NCBI RefSeq assembly: GCF_030028105.1
Contig: NC_092391.1
Span: 27,501,223 to 27,565,222 of the forward strand
DNA length: 64,000 nt
Direction of reading: 5' to 3'
From: Mobula birostris
Taxonomy: Eukaryota
Part shown: in pieces, positions 21,836 through 36,379 of the stretch
How positions within the stretch are numbered: position 1 is the first letter of the stretch
Layout: every line of letters starts with the position of its first letter
Notes under the pieces: generated by a model
The model's database searches: none
Seen by the model: only the letters and a program-made list of their open reading frames with translations
What the model was told of the DNA's origin: nothing
Position numbers and translations under genes: made by a program

Positions 21836-23345
21836 ACCGCAGTCGTGAGGGATGATAACAACGTCTCCTCTCTAATCATCTACACAGGCTGCTTAGCTCC
21901 CTGCTCTGCTCTCTGCACACACATGACTATGTGGCTAAGCATGGCTCCAACGTCATCTTCAATAACACTACTGTTGTTGGAGAAATCATAGATGGTGGTA
22001 AGTCAGTGTACCAGAGTGAGATAGGTTGTCTGGTTGAGTGAAGCTGCAACGACAACCTCTCGCTCAAAGTCAGCAAAACTAAAGAGCTGATTGTAGACTT
22101 CAAGAGGGAAAAATATGCCAGTCTATCTTGGGAGAATGGTGGTAGTGAGAGTCAGCAGTTGTAAATTCCTGGGTGTTAACATAACGGATGTGTCAACAAA
22201 TAGTTAAAGTTCAAGTTTAATTGTCATTCAACAATAAATGAATACCCATGAATACAGCTAAACATAACAACATTCCTCCAGGGCCAAGGTACAAAACACA
22301 GTACCAACAGTCATACACAGCACAAAGCACATATAGCACATATATAAGACAGCAGTAACCATACAGTTCCTGAGTCCATGGATGTTGTTGGCAAGAACAA
22401 ATCCACAACAGTCTGCAGACAAATGCAATCCAGCTTGCCTTCTACTGAGCGAACACCGGAGGGCAGCACTGACACCAGCACGGACGCCGCGCCACGCCGC
22501 CTCTGGCGTCACCTCTCCTGGGTGGCTGTAACAGATGACACTGCAGCCTAACCCTAGTCTGTGCTTGAACTGAGGTCATGCACCTTCCCCACCGTGGGTC
22601 CCACCAAAAACACAGTGAACCGGACTTGCAGCATTCCACATTCTAATGTTTCACAGGGCCTTACGCTCACAAGAACAATAACTAGGATAATTGCGCGCCG
22701 TTAGACTCCCCACTACCTTCACACACCGACTCCGACCCCGCTGTCTGGCAGGGAGGAACACGGTCTGCACCAAGTCCAGCTCCTCTGCCGCTGATGGGGA
22801 AGACCTGCAAGACCTGAAGTTCTTAGTGTCCCACAGGGTCCTGTGATCGTAAAAAAGAGTGCTCGGCCATCTTACCGGAATTAACATAAAGGTGCAATCA
22901 TAAGGAGAGTGCATCAGTGCCTTTACTTTCTTAGGAAGTGAAGGAGGCTTGGCTTGTGATTGAACTCTACAGATGTACAGTTGAATGTATCCTGACTGGC
23001 TGCATCATGGTCTGGTGTGAAAATTCAAATGCATGGGAACGTAAGATGCTGCAGAGAGTAGTTGGGTCTGTCCAAAACATCACAGGCACGCCCCTCCTCA
23101 CCACGAGTAGTATCTATAGGAGGCACTTCCTCAAAAAGGCAATATCGATCATCAAAGATCCCCACCGTCCAGGGCATACCACCTTCTTGAAGCCACCATC
23201 AGGCAGAAGGTGCAGAGGTCTGAATTCCCACACCAGTCGATTCAAGAACAGCTACTTCAACCACTGTGAGCCAACGGGCAAACCCTAAACACTATAGTTC
23301 AGCAGCGTTGTTATGATTTCGACCACTTTTGCACTAAAATGGACT
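21836..23345 (+). mobile_element. Degraded Rex1/Babar LINE, interrupted at ~22205-22879
   Basis: KTKELIVDFKR..KFLGVNI; LYRCTVECILTGCIMVW..IIKDPHRPGH..PSGRRCR..TSRFKNSYF. Confidence 0.85.
22205..22879 (-). mobile_element. Non-autonomous non-coding retroposon, 5' TCCGGTAAGATGGCC head and TGACAATTAAACTTGAACT tail
   Basis: No credible ORF, GC-rich body, LINE-type tail; inserted inside a Rex1 copy. Confidence 0.65.
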
Positions 23346-23371
23346 TCAGTTGCACCTATTTGCCCATATAC

Positions 23372-24024
23372 GGGGGAGGAGAAGATGGCGGCGCGACGCA
23401 ACGTGCAGCCGCTCCGAATTGATACCGTATTTGTGAACTCGGATGCCGTGCACAATCCTGATTTGATGGAGACAGCCGTGAGAAGCACAGAGGAACATCT
23501 GGAGAAACTTCTGAAATGCCTGCTTCGCTGCTGCTGCTACTGTGCGATCAAGAATCTCTGGAGGGGAAGGCTCCAAATCCTCGGCTTTGCCTATTGCCTG
23601 TTGCCAGGGCTGGGGTCGAAGTGCTCGGCAGAGATGGTGCTCGGTGCTCGGTGTCGGAGAGCTGGTCGGAGGCTCGAGGTTTTCGGACTGTGGTTGGGGT
23701 GCTTCCAGGATGCTGCATCGGCAAATTTGCAGCACTGGAGGCTTTCTTCGACTGTCTGTGTGAGATGATGGGACTTCCGAGAGTCTTTGAGACTTCTTAC
23801 CGTGCCCATGGTCTGTTCTTCCATCAAATTATGGCATTGCTTGCACTGTTGTAACTATATGTTATAATTATGTGGTTTTTGTCAGTTTTTTAGTCTTGGT
23901 TTGTCTTGTGTTTCTGTGATATCATTCTGGAGGAACAATTTGTATCATTCCTTAATGCATGCATTACTAAATGACAATAAAAGAGGATTGCGTGTCCTCA
24001 TAATCTAATCTAATCTAATCTAAT
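23372..24024 (+). mobile_element. ~650-bp non-autonomous retroposon (GGAGAAGATGGCG head, AATAAA plus (AATCT)n tail)
   Basis: Homologous over its whole length to 45258-45916 (minus strand). Confidence 0.8.
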
Positions 24025-24329
24025 ATGACAGAAAGCTCCTCTTTGACGTTGAAAATGGGCAGTGGAGGTGGACTGAGATGGTTCAAGGAGTAGGCATGAC
24101 CAGTAATAATGAAGGGAATAACAAAGTTTACAAGGCTTGAACCTGCAGAGATAGTGAGGGAATGATTCCCTGAAGTGATCTGGAAACAGGAATGCAGTAG
24201 AGGGCTAAAGGTAAATGAGAATTATTGTGAGTCAGGACACTGTAGATCTTTGGCTGTGCTGAAGTTAACAGAGCATTACATTTTACAAACAGATCAGAAA
24301 AACAATAAGATGGTTAAATCTTGATGTAA

Positions 24330-24912
24330 ATAGGTTTCTCAAAGTTGCTGCGCACATTGATAGGGTGGATAAGAAGTCCTGTGGTGTGTTGATTTTCAAT
24401 TGTCGGGGGATTAACTTCAAGAACCACTAGGTAATATCGCAGCTCTAAAAAACTTCGGCTAGACCGCACTTGGACTATTGTGTTCAGTTCTGGTCGCCTC
24501 ATTGTGGAAGGATGTGGAAGATTTAGAGAAGGTGCAGAGGAGATTTACCAGGAATTTGCCCGGATTAGAGAGCGTGACTTGTGAGCAATGGTTGATCGAT
24601 CTGAGTGAAGGAGGATGAGTGGCCAACCAGCACTTTTGTCCCACTGTAGAAATTTTTAAAGTGATTGGAGAAAAGTACAGGGAGATGTCAGAGGTAGGTT
24701 TTTTACACAGTGTGGCATGGCCAGGGGTGGTGGTAGAAGCAGATCCATTCGGGACATTTAAGAAACTCCTGGAGATAAGCACATGAATGATAGAAAAATG
24801 GAGAGGTATGTGGGAGGGAAGGGTTAGATTGATCTTGGAGTAGGTTAAAAGGTCGGCACAACAACGTGGGCAGAAGAACCCGCACTGTGCTGTACAGTTC
24901 TATGTTCTATGT
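24330..24912 (+). mobile_element. CR1 LINE 3' fragment
   Basis: [31 protein letters not shown]; tail ctgtgctgtacagttctatgttctatgtt. Confidence 0.85.
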
Positions 24913-26927
24913 TGGGAAGGAATGGATAAATGTTTGTGTATCTGATGAACAGCAGCGGAGGTGGAAATGGGCAACGTTGTGGTTGTGAAATGGGATGTTC
25001 CTGTTGATGCAGCGGATGAGCACTCAGACGCTTAGCAGATATGACCAGTTTTATTCAGGTTTGCATCAGCCACATTGTGTCTAGGAATCAGTTTGCAAAT
25101 GGGATTGAAGACCAATGAATGGTGATCCCTAGTTAGAGGAAACTCCTTGACCATTGTCAGACGTAGGTCAATCTGTGGGCACGAGGAAATCATTAATGTG
25201 ACTTCATTTGATGTTGCTGATGGGCAAAACTATGATGAAAAATCGAAGGGGGCCGAGCTGCAACCTGGAGCAAACCACCACTGTAGGGAAGACTAGCATT
25301 TTACCATCTTGAAGCAGCTCAGGAACTTTACACCCAGTGAAGTATCTTTTAGAGTGTCATCACGGAATGGATGAAACACCAACTTAAGCCACAGCAAGCT
25401 CCCAGTTTAAATGACTTCCATATTATTTATGGTTGATAAATATGTGTTGACCGGGATATAGGCAGGTTTCCCCATGCTCAGTTGACTAGTACCTGAAGAT
25501 CTACTATTATAAATGTCCTACTCTCTTCAATGAACAATGCAATGATTCGATCTGTATACGCAAGACAAGGTATTCTTGGTACGTGTGACAATAATAAACC
25601 AATTCCAGTGCATTCGGGACTCTTAGTTAAGCACGTGAATGACAGAAAGATGGAGGGCTATGTAGGAAGGAAGGGTTAGATTGATCTTGGAGTAGGGTAA
25701 AAGGTCGGCACAACATTGTCAGCACAATACCAATACCACAGAATGTTGTTCACCCAGAGTTAGAAAGAACCTCAGCTGAACATCTGAAAAAATCGAGCTG
25801 AATTTATTTTCACGTGCACAAGTATGGTGAAGTACAGTTCAACAAAATATGTGCAGCAACATCACAGGCACATAGGTGTTGGCAACACGCAGAATATAAA
25901 TTGTACAAGGATCAAGGACCAACTTTATTTTCCATATACACTTACACACATTAGGGATTTGCTGTGGTGTGTTGGCATGACATGCAACAAAAAACAACAT
26001 TCAACAATTATAAGGAATAAAATTGTATTAAAATAATGTTAAAAATACAGATATCAAATAAAATGTGCACAAATACGTAAATGGCCGCAGGTATTTACAA
26101 TGTAAGCAACATTGTAAATACATTACAAATGCTGTTTGCAGTTAAAAAGACTGGGCAAAAGCAAGGTCTTTGTGAAAAGGAAGTAGCCAAGAGACAATCA
26201 AATGTCAATCTATGGAGTTCAAGAGGTTGTCCATTGCCAAGGAAGGGTAAGGGTTGTGCAGGCTGGCTCAAGAATTTGATGGTTGTAGGAAAGCAGTTTC
26301 TTCTGAACCTGCTGTGTGGGACGTCATTGGTGGGATAGTATTCTCTCAGACTTCTGCAGGATGTCGGCATAGATTTTATTTTCAAAGCTGAACCAGAGTT
26401 AGGAGTCGATGTGTTCCAGGCACCGGACTGAACTCTTCTCTGTAATGGATGGAGAAACGTGAAGCAATTCTGAGAGGGAGGGAGAGGGAAGCACAGAGGG
26501 TTACAGAAAGATAAGAACGTGGGGACAGACTGAACAAGAGACACAAACAGGCACTAAAAGAGATAGAGGGAGAGGGAAATTAATAGAAAGGGGATTGAAC
26601 TAGGTGGGACACTATTGGTGTAGAATATTTCAAAGTAGAGAATTTGTTCAGTTCAAGAGCTGGATTGCTATTTACTCATTTTAATAGGATCGATGGCTGA
26701 ATGGAATTTAAAAGGAATAAACAGGGAATTAGGGATTAAACCACGACAAATGAGATTTGGATGTTCGGAATTAAATTCAAAAGGATTAGGTTTCAGTCAG
26801 TGACAGTGAGATAATCTGTAAACACACACAGACAGAACCATGTTTTCTCTCTGGCTAAGGAGAGGATCTTCTGTGTTCTAATCTTCTGCCTTGTCCAGCA
26901 TTAAATGTGTGGAATCTTAGCTCAGTA

Positions 26928-27170
26928 ACAAACACAAAATGCTGGAGGAACTCTGCAGGCCAGCTAGCATCAATGGAGGGGAATGAACAGTCAATGTTTT
27001 GGGCCGTGACCCTTCATCAGGACTGGAAAGGAAGGGGGAAGGAGCCAGAATAAGAAGGGGGGGATAGGTAGGAATGCAAGTTGAAAGGAGATAGGTGAAG
27101 CCAGGTGAGGAAGAGGTAAGTAGGTGGTGGAGGAAGGAGGGAGAATGAAGTGTGAGAAAATGAATCTTGG
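26928..27170 (-). mobile_element. PLE 3'-tail fragment, hammerhead decayed (CAAAACATT in place of CGAAACGTC)
   Basis: acacaaaatgctggaggaactc...cagtcaatgttttgggccgtgacccttcatcaggactg. Confidence 0.75.
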
Positions 27171-27239
27171 GAATTTATGGTGGCATATACAGCATGTACT
27201 TTGATAATAAATTTATTTTGAACTTCCAAAGGAAGTGCT

Positions 27240-27556
27240 GGTATCAGAGAGGGTCCAGAGGGCGCGGCCTCTGAAGAAAAGGACGTCCGTTTAAATCAGA
27301 GATAGGGAGGAATTTATTTAGCCAGAAGATGGTGAAGCTGTGGAATTTATTGCTACAGAAGACTTTGGAAGCCAGGTCATTGGATGCATTTAACACAGAG
27401 ATTGATAGGTTCTTGATTGTAAAGGCCTCAGAGGTTTTGGGGAGAGGGCAGGAGAGTGGGGTTGAGAGGGAAAACAATTCAGCTGAAATTGAATGGTGGA
27501 ACAGACTTGATGGGCTGAATGGCCTAAAAATTCTGTTCCTATGTCTTATGGTCTAA
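27240..27556 (+). mobile_element. CR1 LINE 3' end
   Basis: GRPFKSEIGRNLFSQKMVKLWNLL; tail tcttatggtct. Confidence 0.8.
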
Positions 27557-29464
27557 CTGCATAGGCACCAGAGTGGAAATTGGTCAAAATCTACCCTGGA
27601 GGCTTCCCCGATCTCCCCCTTAGATCTACCCATACTGAGCACTCATTAATGGTGGAATCCCTCACCTCTCTCCTGAAATCTGCCTCCAATCCAATCTAAG
27701 AGCCCCCCCCATAGCTCCATTTTACCAGTCACATCTCCTGGAATATGGCCGTGGGCAGTTACCCACCATCAAACCCATTGTTGAATATTCCAGCAAACAG
27801 CCCATGGCAAGTGTGTAACACAGGAGACTGCATATGCTGGAATCTGAAGTAACACACGAAGGAGCTGGAGGAACTCGATGGGTCAGGCAGCATCAGTGGA
27901 GGGAGATGGATAGTGTGGCTTGAGACCCTTCATCTCCACTGTTAAGTGTGTGTTTTGTTTCAAGAAGCTATTCATTTCATTCTATTTTAATTTTCAACTC
28001 ACTTTCTCAACATTTTATGCCCTTCCAGTTTAATCCTAATCTGTTCACTCTATGTACCATTTAATATCACCCTTGGTTTAATCCCATTCTCCTATTCTCA
28101 GGAGAATCCTACCCAGCCCAAGTCCATTTCATGTTCATTACATATGGGCTTCAATATTCCTCCCAGTCCAATCCCACCCTGCAGCTCCCTCCAATTTTTC
28201 CCTGCAAGTCCATCATCCCTTTCCATTTTACTTGCTCACTGCTCATATAGTTCAGAGTTCAAATGTCAAAGTAAATTTATTATCATTTATTATACATGTA
28301 TACTCTTTCACAGAAGCTCTGATTCCCTTTAAAAAAACACTTTCAAACATTGCTTCTCCATCAAATTGTGATCAACAACCCTCGAGTTTTGCTCTGCATG
28401 AAGAAACCTTTCCTAAACTTCATGTTGATCCTTTCCCTGACCATCCTATGCTTGTTCATCTGGTTACTTCTCACTGTCCAGGGGAAGAGGTCCCAAAGTA
28501 CTTAGTCAATTCTTGAAGCTTTGCTCATTCCAGTGAAAAAATGCCCAAATTTATTTGTAAATTCTGTGCTTTTGGTCGACTTCAGGCAAGTCAAATGACT
28601 CGAGGCGGTTTAGATCTCAATGCACTCGGCCCCTGGGAGCTCAGAGCTTGACGGGAGTGTCAGTGGCTTGCTACCCTTGGCCTATCCCCCGATCTTTCCT
28701 CTTCTGCTGGGGTAATTTCCAATTGATTCCTTCGGGTTTTTCTTCCCCGTTAAACTCAGTGAATGTCGGCATTGTGCTGGGAAGAACCAATTAAAGCAAG
28801 AGATGGTGAGTGCTCCACTCAAGCAGTCTCATCATCTATTCCACAGTTCAGCATGAGGATGGAGAGCTTTCAACTATCAGACTAAGGGATCATCTCAAAA
28901 TTCCCTTGCAAATTTCAAGCTGACTGTACAGCCTCTTTGCTTCACACCACTCTGTCTGTAAATGAACTGCTTTGAAGTTCAGTGTGTTTGGAAGGCAATT
29001 AGCTTTTTTCACAGCAAGGTACCACACATGGCAAACGTGTTGGAAACAACTGAATTTTCGTTTAGTTGGGAAGGAATTATTGGGCAGGGGAGGGATGACA
29101 GAATACCCTGCTTTCCACCGAACCAGGTGCCTCAGACACCACAGCACCCTCTCCCCTCAGTACTGACTTGGACGAGGTGATGGAGTGCAGTCCTATAACT
29201 GGGGTTTGGAGCCGGCCTCAGCTCCTGACCCAAAGTATTGAGTCAGTTGTCAGGAACCCAATCTCTGACACCAGCATTCCATTAATCTTGACGCTTTCGC
29301 TGAATTCCCTATTGATGACACACCCACGTCTGGCTGATCTCCCTGCTCCCTGCTCATTCTGACTGAGACTGGCTGATGGCAGGTTCCTTAGACTTAACAC
29401 TATTCCCAAACAAATGCAGAAGAGGTACAGGTTAGTAATTAGGACATAACTATTGCTGGCAGAA

Positions 29465-30338
29465 TTTCAGATAGTGACGAGGAGGCGTACAGGTGCAAGA
29501 TAGATCAGCTGGTTGAGTGGAGTTGCAACAACAACCTTGTACTCAACGTCAGTCAGACCAAGAAATTGACTGCGGACTTCGGGAAGGGGAAGTTGAGGGA
29601 AGATGCAGCAGTATTCATTGAGGGAAGATGCATCAGTACTCATTGAGGGATCGTCAGTGGAAAGGGTAAGCAGTTTCAGGTTCCCGGATGTGAACATCCT
29701 AAAGACCTATCCTGGGCCCAGCATATTCATGCAATTACAAAGAAAGGCACGACAGGGCTATATTTCATTATGAGTTTGAGGAAACCTGGTATGTCACCAA
29801 AGACTGTCACAAATTTCTGCAAATGTATCGAGCAGAGCATTCTGACTGATTGCATCACTGTCTGGTATGGAGGGGCCACTGCACAGGATCGGAAACAAGC
29901 TGCAGAAAGTTACAAACAGACAGCTCCATCATGGGCACCAGCCTCCCCAGCATCGAGGACATCTTCAAAAGGCAATGCCACGAAAAGGTGACGCCCGTCA
30001 CTAAGGACCCCCGTCACCCAGCACATCCCTTCTTCTCATTGCTACCATCAAGGAGGAGGGACAGGGGCCTGAAGACTCATATTAAACATTTTCGGAACAG
30101 CGTATTTCCCTCTGCCATCAGATTTCTGAATGGACAATGAACCCATGTACACTACCTCGCTGTATTTTTCTTCTTTTTTTGCTCTCTTTTTGCACTATTT
30201 ATTTAATGTATATATATATTTCTTATTGTAATTCATAGTTTTTTTCCTAAATTATGTATTGCAATGTACTGCTGCCCACAGGACAGGTTACTTCATGACA
30301 GATGCGAGCAATATTAAACCTGATTCTGAATTCTGATT
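29465..30338 (+). mobile_element. Rex1/Babar LINE, 5'-truncated
   Basis: LVEWSCNNNLVLNVSQTKKL..TNFCKCIEQSILTDCITVWYG..HPAHPFFSLLPSRRR..FPSAIRFLNGQ*; CTGATT tail. Confidence 0.9.
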
Positions 30339-31284
30339 GTAGTCAAGTGAGAAATTGAGTTCCAACCAACTCCTCATTCCAGCTGAAGACAGTGATCCAA
30401 GTTTGTGAATTGAGATAGATGGTAGAATATAGAAACATGAGGAGGACACTTACCTCTAGCATTCAGTGGAATCCCAGACCTCAACTCCTTGGTCCATCTT
30501 CCCTTAAATTCACTAGAAGTCCTTCCCCATCAAGAGTTTTTGTTCTCAGGATTGGGACCTCCAGCAGTAAAGCTCAGGCACATGGTGACATTATGGACCA
30601 GAAATCCAGATACCCACACAGGCCTTACGTTTAGAAGGATTTCCTGACCTTACTCCTGATTTGATGGACTCCAGTTTGAAGACTCTGCCCCTTTATTCTA
30701 GATTCCCTCACCAAAATGAATTAGCTCCTCTATCTATCCTATTGAATTATTTAACCGTTTTGTATACATTTCCAATAGAGGACATGGGTTTAGGGCGAGA
30801 AGGAAAAGGGAACTGAGAGGCAACTTTTTCCACACACAGAATGCTGGGTGAATGGAACAAGCCACAAAGAATATTGTAGAGACAGGTACAATTACAATGT
30901 TTAAAATATGTCTATGGAAAGTTTTAGAGGAATATGGGCCAAGCTCTGGCAAATGGGACGAGCAGAGATGGACACCTTAGTTGGCATGGATCAGTTGAGG
31001 CTGTTTCCATGTTATTTAACTTTATGACTTGTACCTGTGTGCAGGATGTGGACATCACTGCAAGGACCAGCCACTACTGCCCTAATTTTCACCGGACTAA
31101 GAACATCTTGGGGATCTGTCCCATGACTGGGGTCTGGGGTTACATGTAGATCAGAATGTGTGCAGATGGCAAATTTCCTATCCTGAATAGCATGAGAGAA
31201 TCAGATGGACTTCGACATTCAAATAGGTGGTTGCATCTCACTGATAACGATGCTCATTTCAAATTTACTTGGAAGAGCATTTTA

Positions 31285-31680
31285 ATGGCTCCGTACACGC
31301 TGGAACTCAGAAGAATCAGGGTGACCTAATTGAAACTTACCGACTGTTGAAAGGAGAAGGAGAGAATGCCTCCTACGGTGGGGGAGTCTAAGACCAGAGG
31401 ACACATCCTCAGAATAGAGGAGTGTCATTTTAGGACAGAAATGAGGAGGAATTTCTTTAACCAGAGAGTGGTAAATCTGTGGAGTTCTTTGCCACAAGCG
31501 ACTGTGGAGGTCTAGTCATTGGGTATATTTAAGGCAGGTTTTATTAGATTCTTGATTAGTTAGGGCGTGAAGACAGGAGATAGTGGATGAGAGAGAAAAT
31601 GGATCAGCCATGATGAAATGGCGGAGCAGACCCGATGGGCCAGATAGCCTGATTCTGCACCTGTATCTTATGGTCTTATT
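31285..31680 (+). mobile_element. CR1 LINE 3' end
   Basis: GDLIETY..SKTRGHILRIEECHFRTEMRRNFFNQRVVNLW; tcttatggtctt tail. Confidence 0.85.
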
Positions 31681-33261
31681 TACTATAATTTAAGGGATTC
31701 AATTCTACGTCTCCAGATCAATAGCCCGGGCCTCTGATACCAATCTAGTAAATTAAGCACTGCGCTGCAGTGTCCCTGAGGAAATACACATACAGTGAAA
31801 TAGTGTCAGCTACACAGTTTAACACCTGTGAAACATTACATATAATTTACAGCCAGTAAACAGATCATTTGCTTCATTTGGTCTGAGCTGGTGTTAATGC
31901 TGCTGAGTAATGTTCTTCATCCATTCCTCATCTCAGCCCATCACCAAATCCTTCTGTTCATTCATCCTCTCTCATGTACTCTCAGCTCAGAGTTAAATCA
32001 ATTTATGCAAATCCATCCGACTCCTCCTTGTGATAAGATTTCCAACTTCCCAATACCTTCTAGTTATAATATTTATCTTCTGCTGTTTATAATGGTGACT
32101 ATCTAAGATTTATAAACTTCAGTTCTGATTTCCCCAAAGTGAAAACATTTTTATGTCTAGGTTTTTGCTCAGGGTTCTTAATGCCTTTATTAATTTTTGA
32201 ATTTTATATTTAGAATTTGTGGCCCTTCAACCATTTGCTTCCCCATGCAGACTAGGCAGTTTTTGCAAAGAACTCTAGTGCTTAGTTTTACTGCTAAATG
32301 GCATTACAGTATCTGTAGTAAAATTTACTTTTCAATCATGTACCCTTTTACAAATTCACCAACGTCTCTGGTACTTTCCTCATTGTTCGGGTCAGTGCTA
32401 CACTACCCTGATTTGGCCCAGTTGGTGAGTTTTGCAATTGCTCTTCTGATGCCTGCAACTAAATCATTGATGTGAATCGAGAGACTGCCCTAGTATTGCT
32501 TTCTGCGGAACATCATTCCCCGCCGTTTACTTGCCATTACTTCCCACACTCTATTGTCCATTTTGTGTCTAGCCTGCTGACCATTTAGACACTCGCTCCA
32601 AAATCTACATGTTCCATCTCAGTTACATTCCTAAGACTTTCCTGATCTAGATATATTACATCTGCAACGTTACCCTAATCAGCCCTTACAGTTACTTCTT
32701 AAATCCAATGAGTTTGGTCAAGTTTGATCTTTCCTTTTGAAATCTTTATTGTTACTATTTATTATACTTTTGATTTTTAAATGTTTTTTTTGTGATAACT
32801 TTTTCATTAAATTTAGCAATTTAGAATAAAACCGTGTTAACATCTTTGGAAGAAAAATTACAGAAAAAGCTTTTACTTTTTGCTAAAATATTTATATTCT
32901 TGAGTTAAAATTTTTGCACAGATTCAATGGATCACGAGCTGACAGTATCTCTGATAAATTATTAATAATTTTTTTTTGTTTGCTGTCTGCTCCAGTTCAT
33001 TTATAGTTTAGAAAAACCAATAAAATATTCAGTAAACAGTATTTATTTTTATCTTGATGACACGTAAGAACTGAAAGAGATAAGAAAAGATCTCTAGACA
33101 TATTGTTCATACCCCAGTCCCTTTACTCCCCCTCTGAAATTCAACCCTTTATTCTCCTAATTCTTGCACCAACATAATTCTTTCGAGTACACCAGCTCTT
33201 CAAGTGAAGCCCCTACATCTATACCCATCCTTCCTGACCAGCAACTCTGTGTACACCATCT

Positions 33262-33432
33262 GCCTTCACTATTAAATCTCTTACTAGCTCTTTCTTCAGT
33301 TAGTCCTGATGAAGGGTCTCGGCCTGAAACGTTGACTGTACCTCTTCCTAGAGATGCTGCCTGGCCTGCTGCATTCACCAGCAACTTTGATGTGTGTTGC
33401 TTGAATTCCCAGCATCAGCAGAATTCCTCGTA
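33262..33432 (+). mobile_element. PLE 3'-tail fragment with intact hammerhead
   Basis: Near-identical to 17225-17350 and to the tail at 15103-15260. Confidence 0.85.
33302..33337 (+). ncRNA. Minimal type-I hammerhead ribozyme, intact core (GUU triplet)
   Basis: AGTC-CTGATGA(33306-12)-AGGGTCTCGGCCT-GAAAC(33326-30)-GTT-GACT. Confidence 0.75.
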
Positions 33433-33759
33433 TCTGTCTTCACTAACTTCTTTCTATATCTTACTTCCCCTATTAATGTCCATCTCTCTAGTACTCCAAT
33501 TTCCCAAGGAAACCTTGTGCTCTAATTACTTGCTTTTGCATCAAAACCCCTTTGTTCAGTTAACTCTACCATCAATTGCTTTTTTTCTTGTTGCTTGGCT
33601 TTCCACCAATCTCCCAACCCTCAAGTCCCTCCACCAAACCCAACCTCCTAGCACCATAATTGATTCCAGTTCCCTGAATCTCTGAACTGCACTCACTGAT
33701 ACCTGTTCTTGTTCACTGACCCTAAACCTCCATTACATTAGCTCTACTGCTACAGTTTG

Positions 33760-34330
33760 TCCTTGAAAAGAATAGGATCAAACGGAATCAACATGGATTT
33801 ATGAAGGGAAGACCACCTTTGACTAATCTGTTGGAATTCTTTAAGGATGTGACTGGAAGAGGAGATTTAGGGAAGCATTTGGTTTTCAATAAAGTCAGGC
33901 ACAGGAAGTTGATTAATGTTAGAATACATGGGATTGGGAACGATACTCTGATGTGGATTGACAACTGCTTTTTGCATAGAAGGCAAGAAGCAAGAATCAA
34001 GAACCTTCTCAGGCTCGCATGCTGTGACTGGTGGAGAACCACAGCTTTGGTGCTTGAGCCCCAGTTGTTCACATTTTGTATCAACAAGGGAGTGAGGTGA
34101 CATATCTTTCAGTTTGCTGAGAATATTGAACTGATTGGGAATGTAAGTGTGGAAGAAGATAAACTGAGTAAGCAAACATGGATATGGCAGATGGGATATA
34201 ACGTGGAAAAATGTGAGGTCGTTCATACTGGTGAAAGCAATAAAAATGAGCGTGTTTATTAAATGGTCAAAGATTGGGTAATACTGATGTTCAGTGGTTG
34301 CAGGTATGCTTATACCAAAGGCAACTAAAG
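33760..34330 (+). mobile_element. Degraded CR1 RT fragment
   Basis: QHGFMKGRPPLTNLLEFFKDVT..FNKVRHRKLINVRIHGIG..LEPQLFTFCIN. Confidence 0.8.
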
Positions 34331-34684
34331 TCAACATGTGAGTACAGGGTAATTTGTACACAAACTCACAAACATATGCTCATATACAAACGTATATGTT
34401 CACTCCTATGCAAATGCACTTAAATATCCATGCACACAGACAGAATCTCATTTATATGCACATACAGCTATCTGCATGCACAGATACACATACTAACACA
34501 AGTCTGCACATTTGTATACAGGCATACTCAGACACACTTGGACGCATACACAGAAACATACAAACTCACAGTGATGCAAACGTACTCACACTCTTAAAAA
34601 CACTTATTTATTGACTCATACACAAACTAATCACACACACACTAACATATATACACATAAAAAGACAAATATAAATACACACAG

Positions 34685-35020
34685 CTTCCTGTGGTGAGGA
34701 AGTCTAAGATTAGGAGACACCGCCTCAGAATAGAGGGTCGTCCATTTAGAACCGAGATGAGGAGGAATTTCTTTAACCAGAGCATAGTGGATCTGTGGAA
34801 TTCATTGCTACAGGCAACTGTGGAAGCCAAGTCATTGGGTATATTTAAGGCAGAAGTTGATAGATTCTTGATTAGTCAGGGTATGAAGGGATACGGGAAA
34901 AAGGCAGGAGATTGGGCTGACAGGGAAAATGGATCAGTCATGATGAAATGCTGGAGCAGACTCGATGGGCCAAATGGCCTAATTCTGCTCCTATATCAAA
35001 TGGTCTTATGATCTATGGTC
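34685..35020 (+). mobile_element. CR1 LINE 3' end
   Basis: LRIEGRPFRTEMRRNFFNQSIVDLWNSL..IFKAEVDRFL. Confidence 0.85.
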
Positions 35021-36379
35021 TTTAGCAGGTTCAGACAAATACATGCATATTTACAGGATATACATATACTCACACTTAGATAAATTGACAAATACATAAT
35101 GTTTTACAAATACAAAACACTTGCTGCTAATTCCCCAATCTTTCTCTCCCTCAGACACAAGACACATGCATTGTTATCCCTCAGTCTCTCCAATTCATCA
35201 GGAGTCTTGCTCACAAAATTCTTTCACCCGATTCCAAATGATAATAAAGTAATAACTGTGTCGGTATTGTGTGATGTATAATTGATGTTGTGTTTGATCA
35301 CAAACAGGTTTGTGGGCGATGTCTGGTGAAGTATAATGAATTATTCAGCACTGCCACACAGCTTTCATCTGAATCAATTTTTAGTTCTAAACACATGGGA
35401 CAGAATCGGAAAGAAAAAGAAAAAAAAATTGTTCTCTGTAACATTACCTGACACGTTTATTTTATGTTGAACAAATAGGGGTCACAGCAGCGAGAGCAGA
35501 TCTGAAATACTTGGATTTGAACGCATCCTGACCAATCTCTCATTCAACCCCAGCATCAAAATAAGCGGTGCTGCCTGACAGCAAAGTCATTGGGTGCTGG
35601 TGATTTGTGGCTGTTGGATGATCTTGCCCGGTTTCATCTCTCAGCATCAATGATGGCGTGTCAGAAGGTGTTTAACGAGATGGCCTCTGTAATCTGTTTT
35701 CTGTGCATACGGGGTGCAGGACAGCGTGACTGTGAGTGAGGTAACCTTCGACTGCCTGCAGTAGCCGAGCAGAGCCCTAGGCTCAGACGCACTGGGGTGA
35801 AACAATGGATCAAACAATCTCACTTCATGGGGGTGGGGGGGGGGAGTGGCCATTCAGCCCATCAGGTCAGTTCCAACTCTTGGAAAGAGCTCTCCAATTA
35901 GTCTCGCTCCCTCCTGCTCTTTCCCTGTAGCTTTGCAAGTGCTCCTTTTCAATTATTTATCAAAATTCACTTTGAAAGTTACTATTGAATCTGTTTCCAC
36001 TGCCCTTCAGGCAGTACATTCCAGATCACAACTCTTTGCTGGGTAAAAAATTCTCCTTGACTCCTACTGGTTTTCAGCCAGTAAAAATGTGTCCTTTGAT
36101 CAATAATCTTCCTGCCACAGGAAATAGATTCTGTTCATTCACACATTTAAAAAACCTCATGTTTTTGAACACCTTTGCTAAATTTCCCCCTTGCATCCTG
36201 TGCTCCGGATAGAGACTTGAACATCATATTGTTCCATGTTTGGGCTGGGTCCTGGGTCCTGCTTCTTCTCGTTCTGCTGTGGTCTGTCTTTCTTGGTTTA
36301 CTTCCTTCCCTCTCATTGTTAATCCACCCCCCCCCCCCCACCGCCATATATGTGGCTCTCTTTATCCAACTAACATGCT

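Noticed and set aside
26340-26500. Minus-strand polypyrimidine tract plus CAG (possible acceptor)
   Set aside because: Two frames stop quickly; the third is unrecognisable and runs into a LINE tail without a donor.
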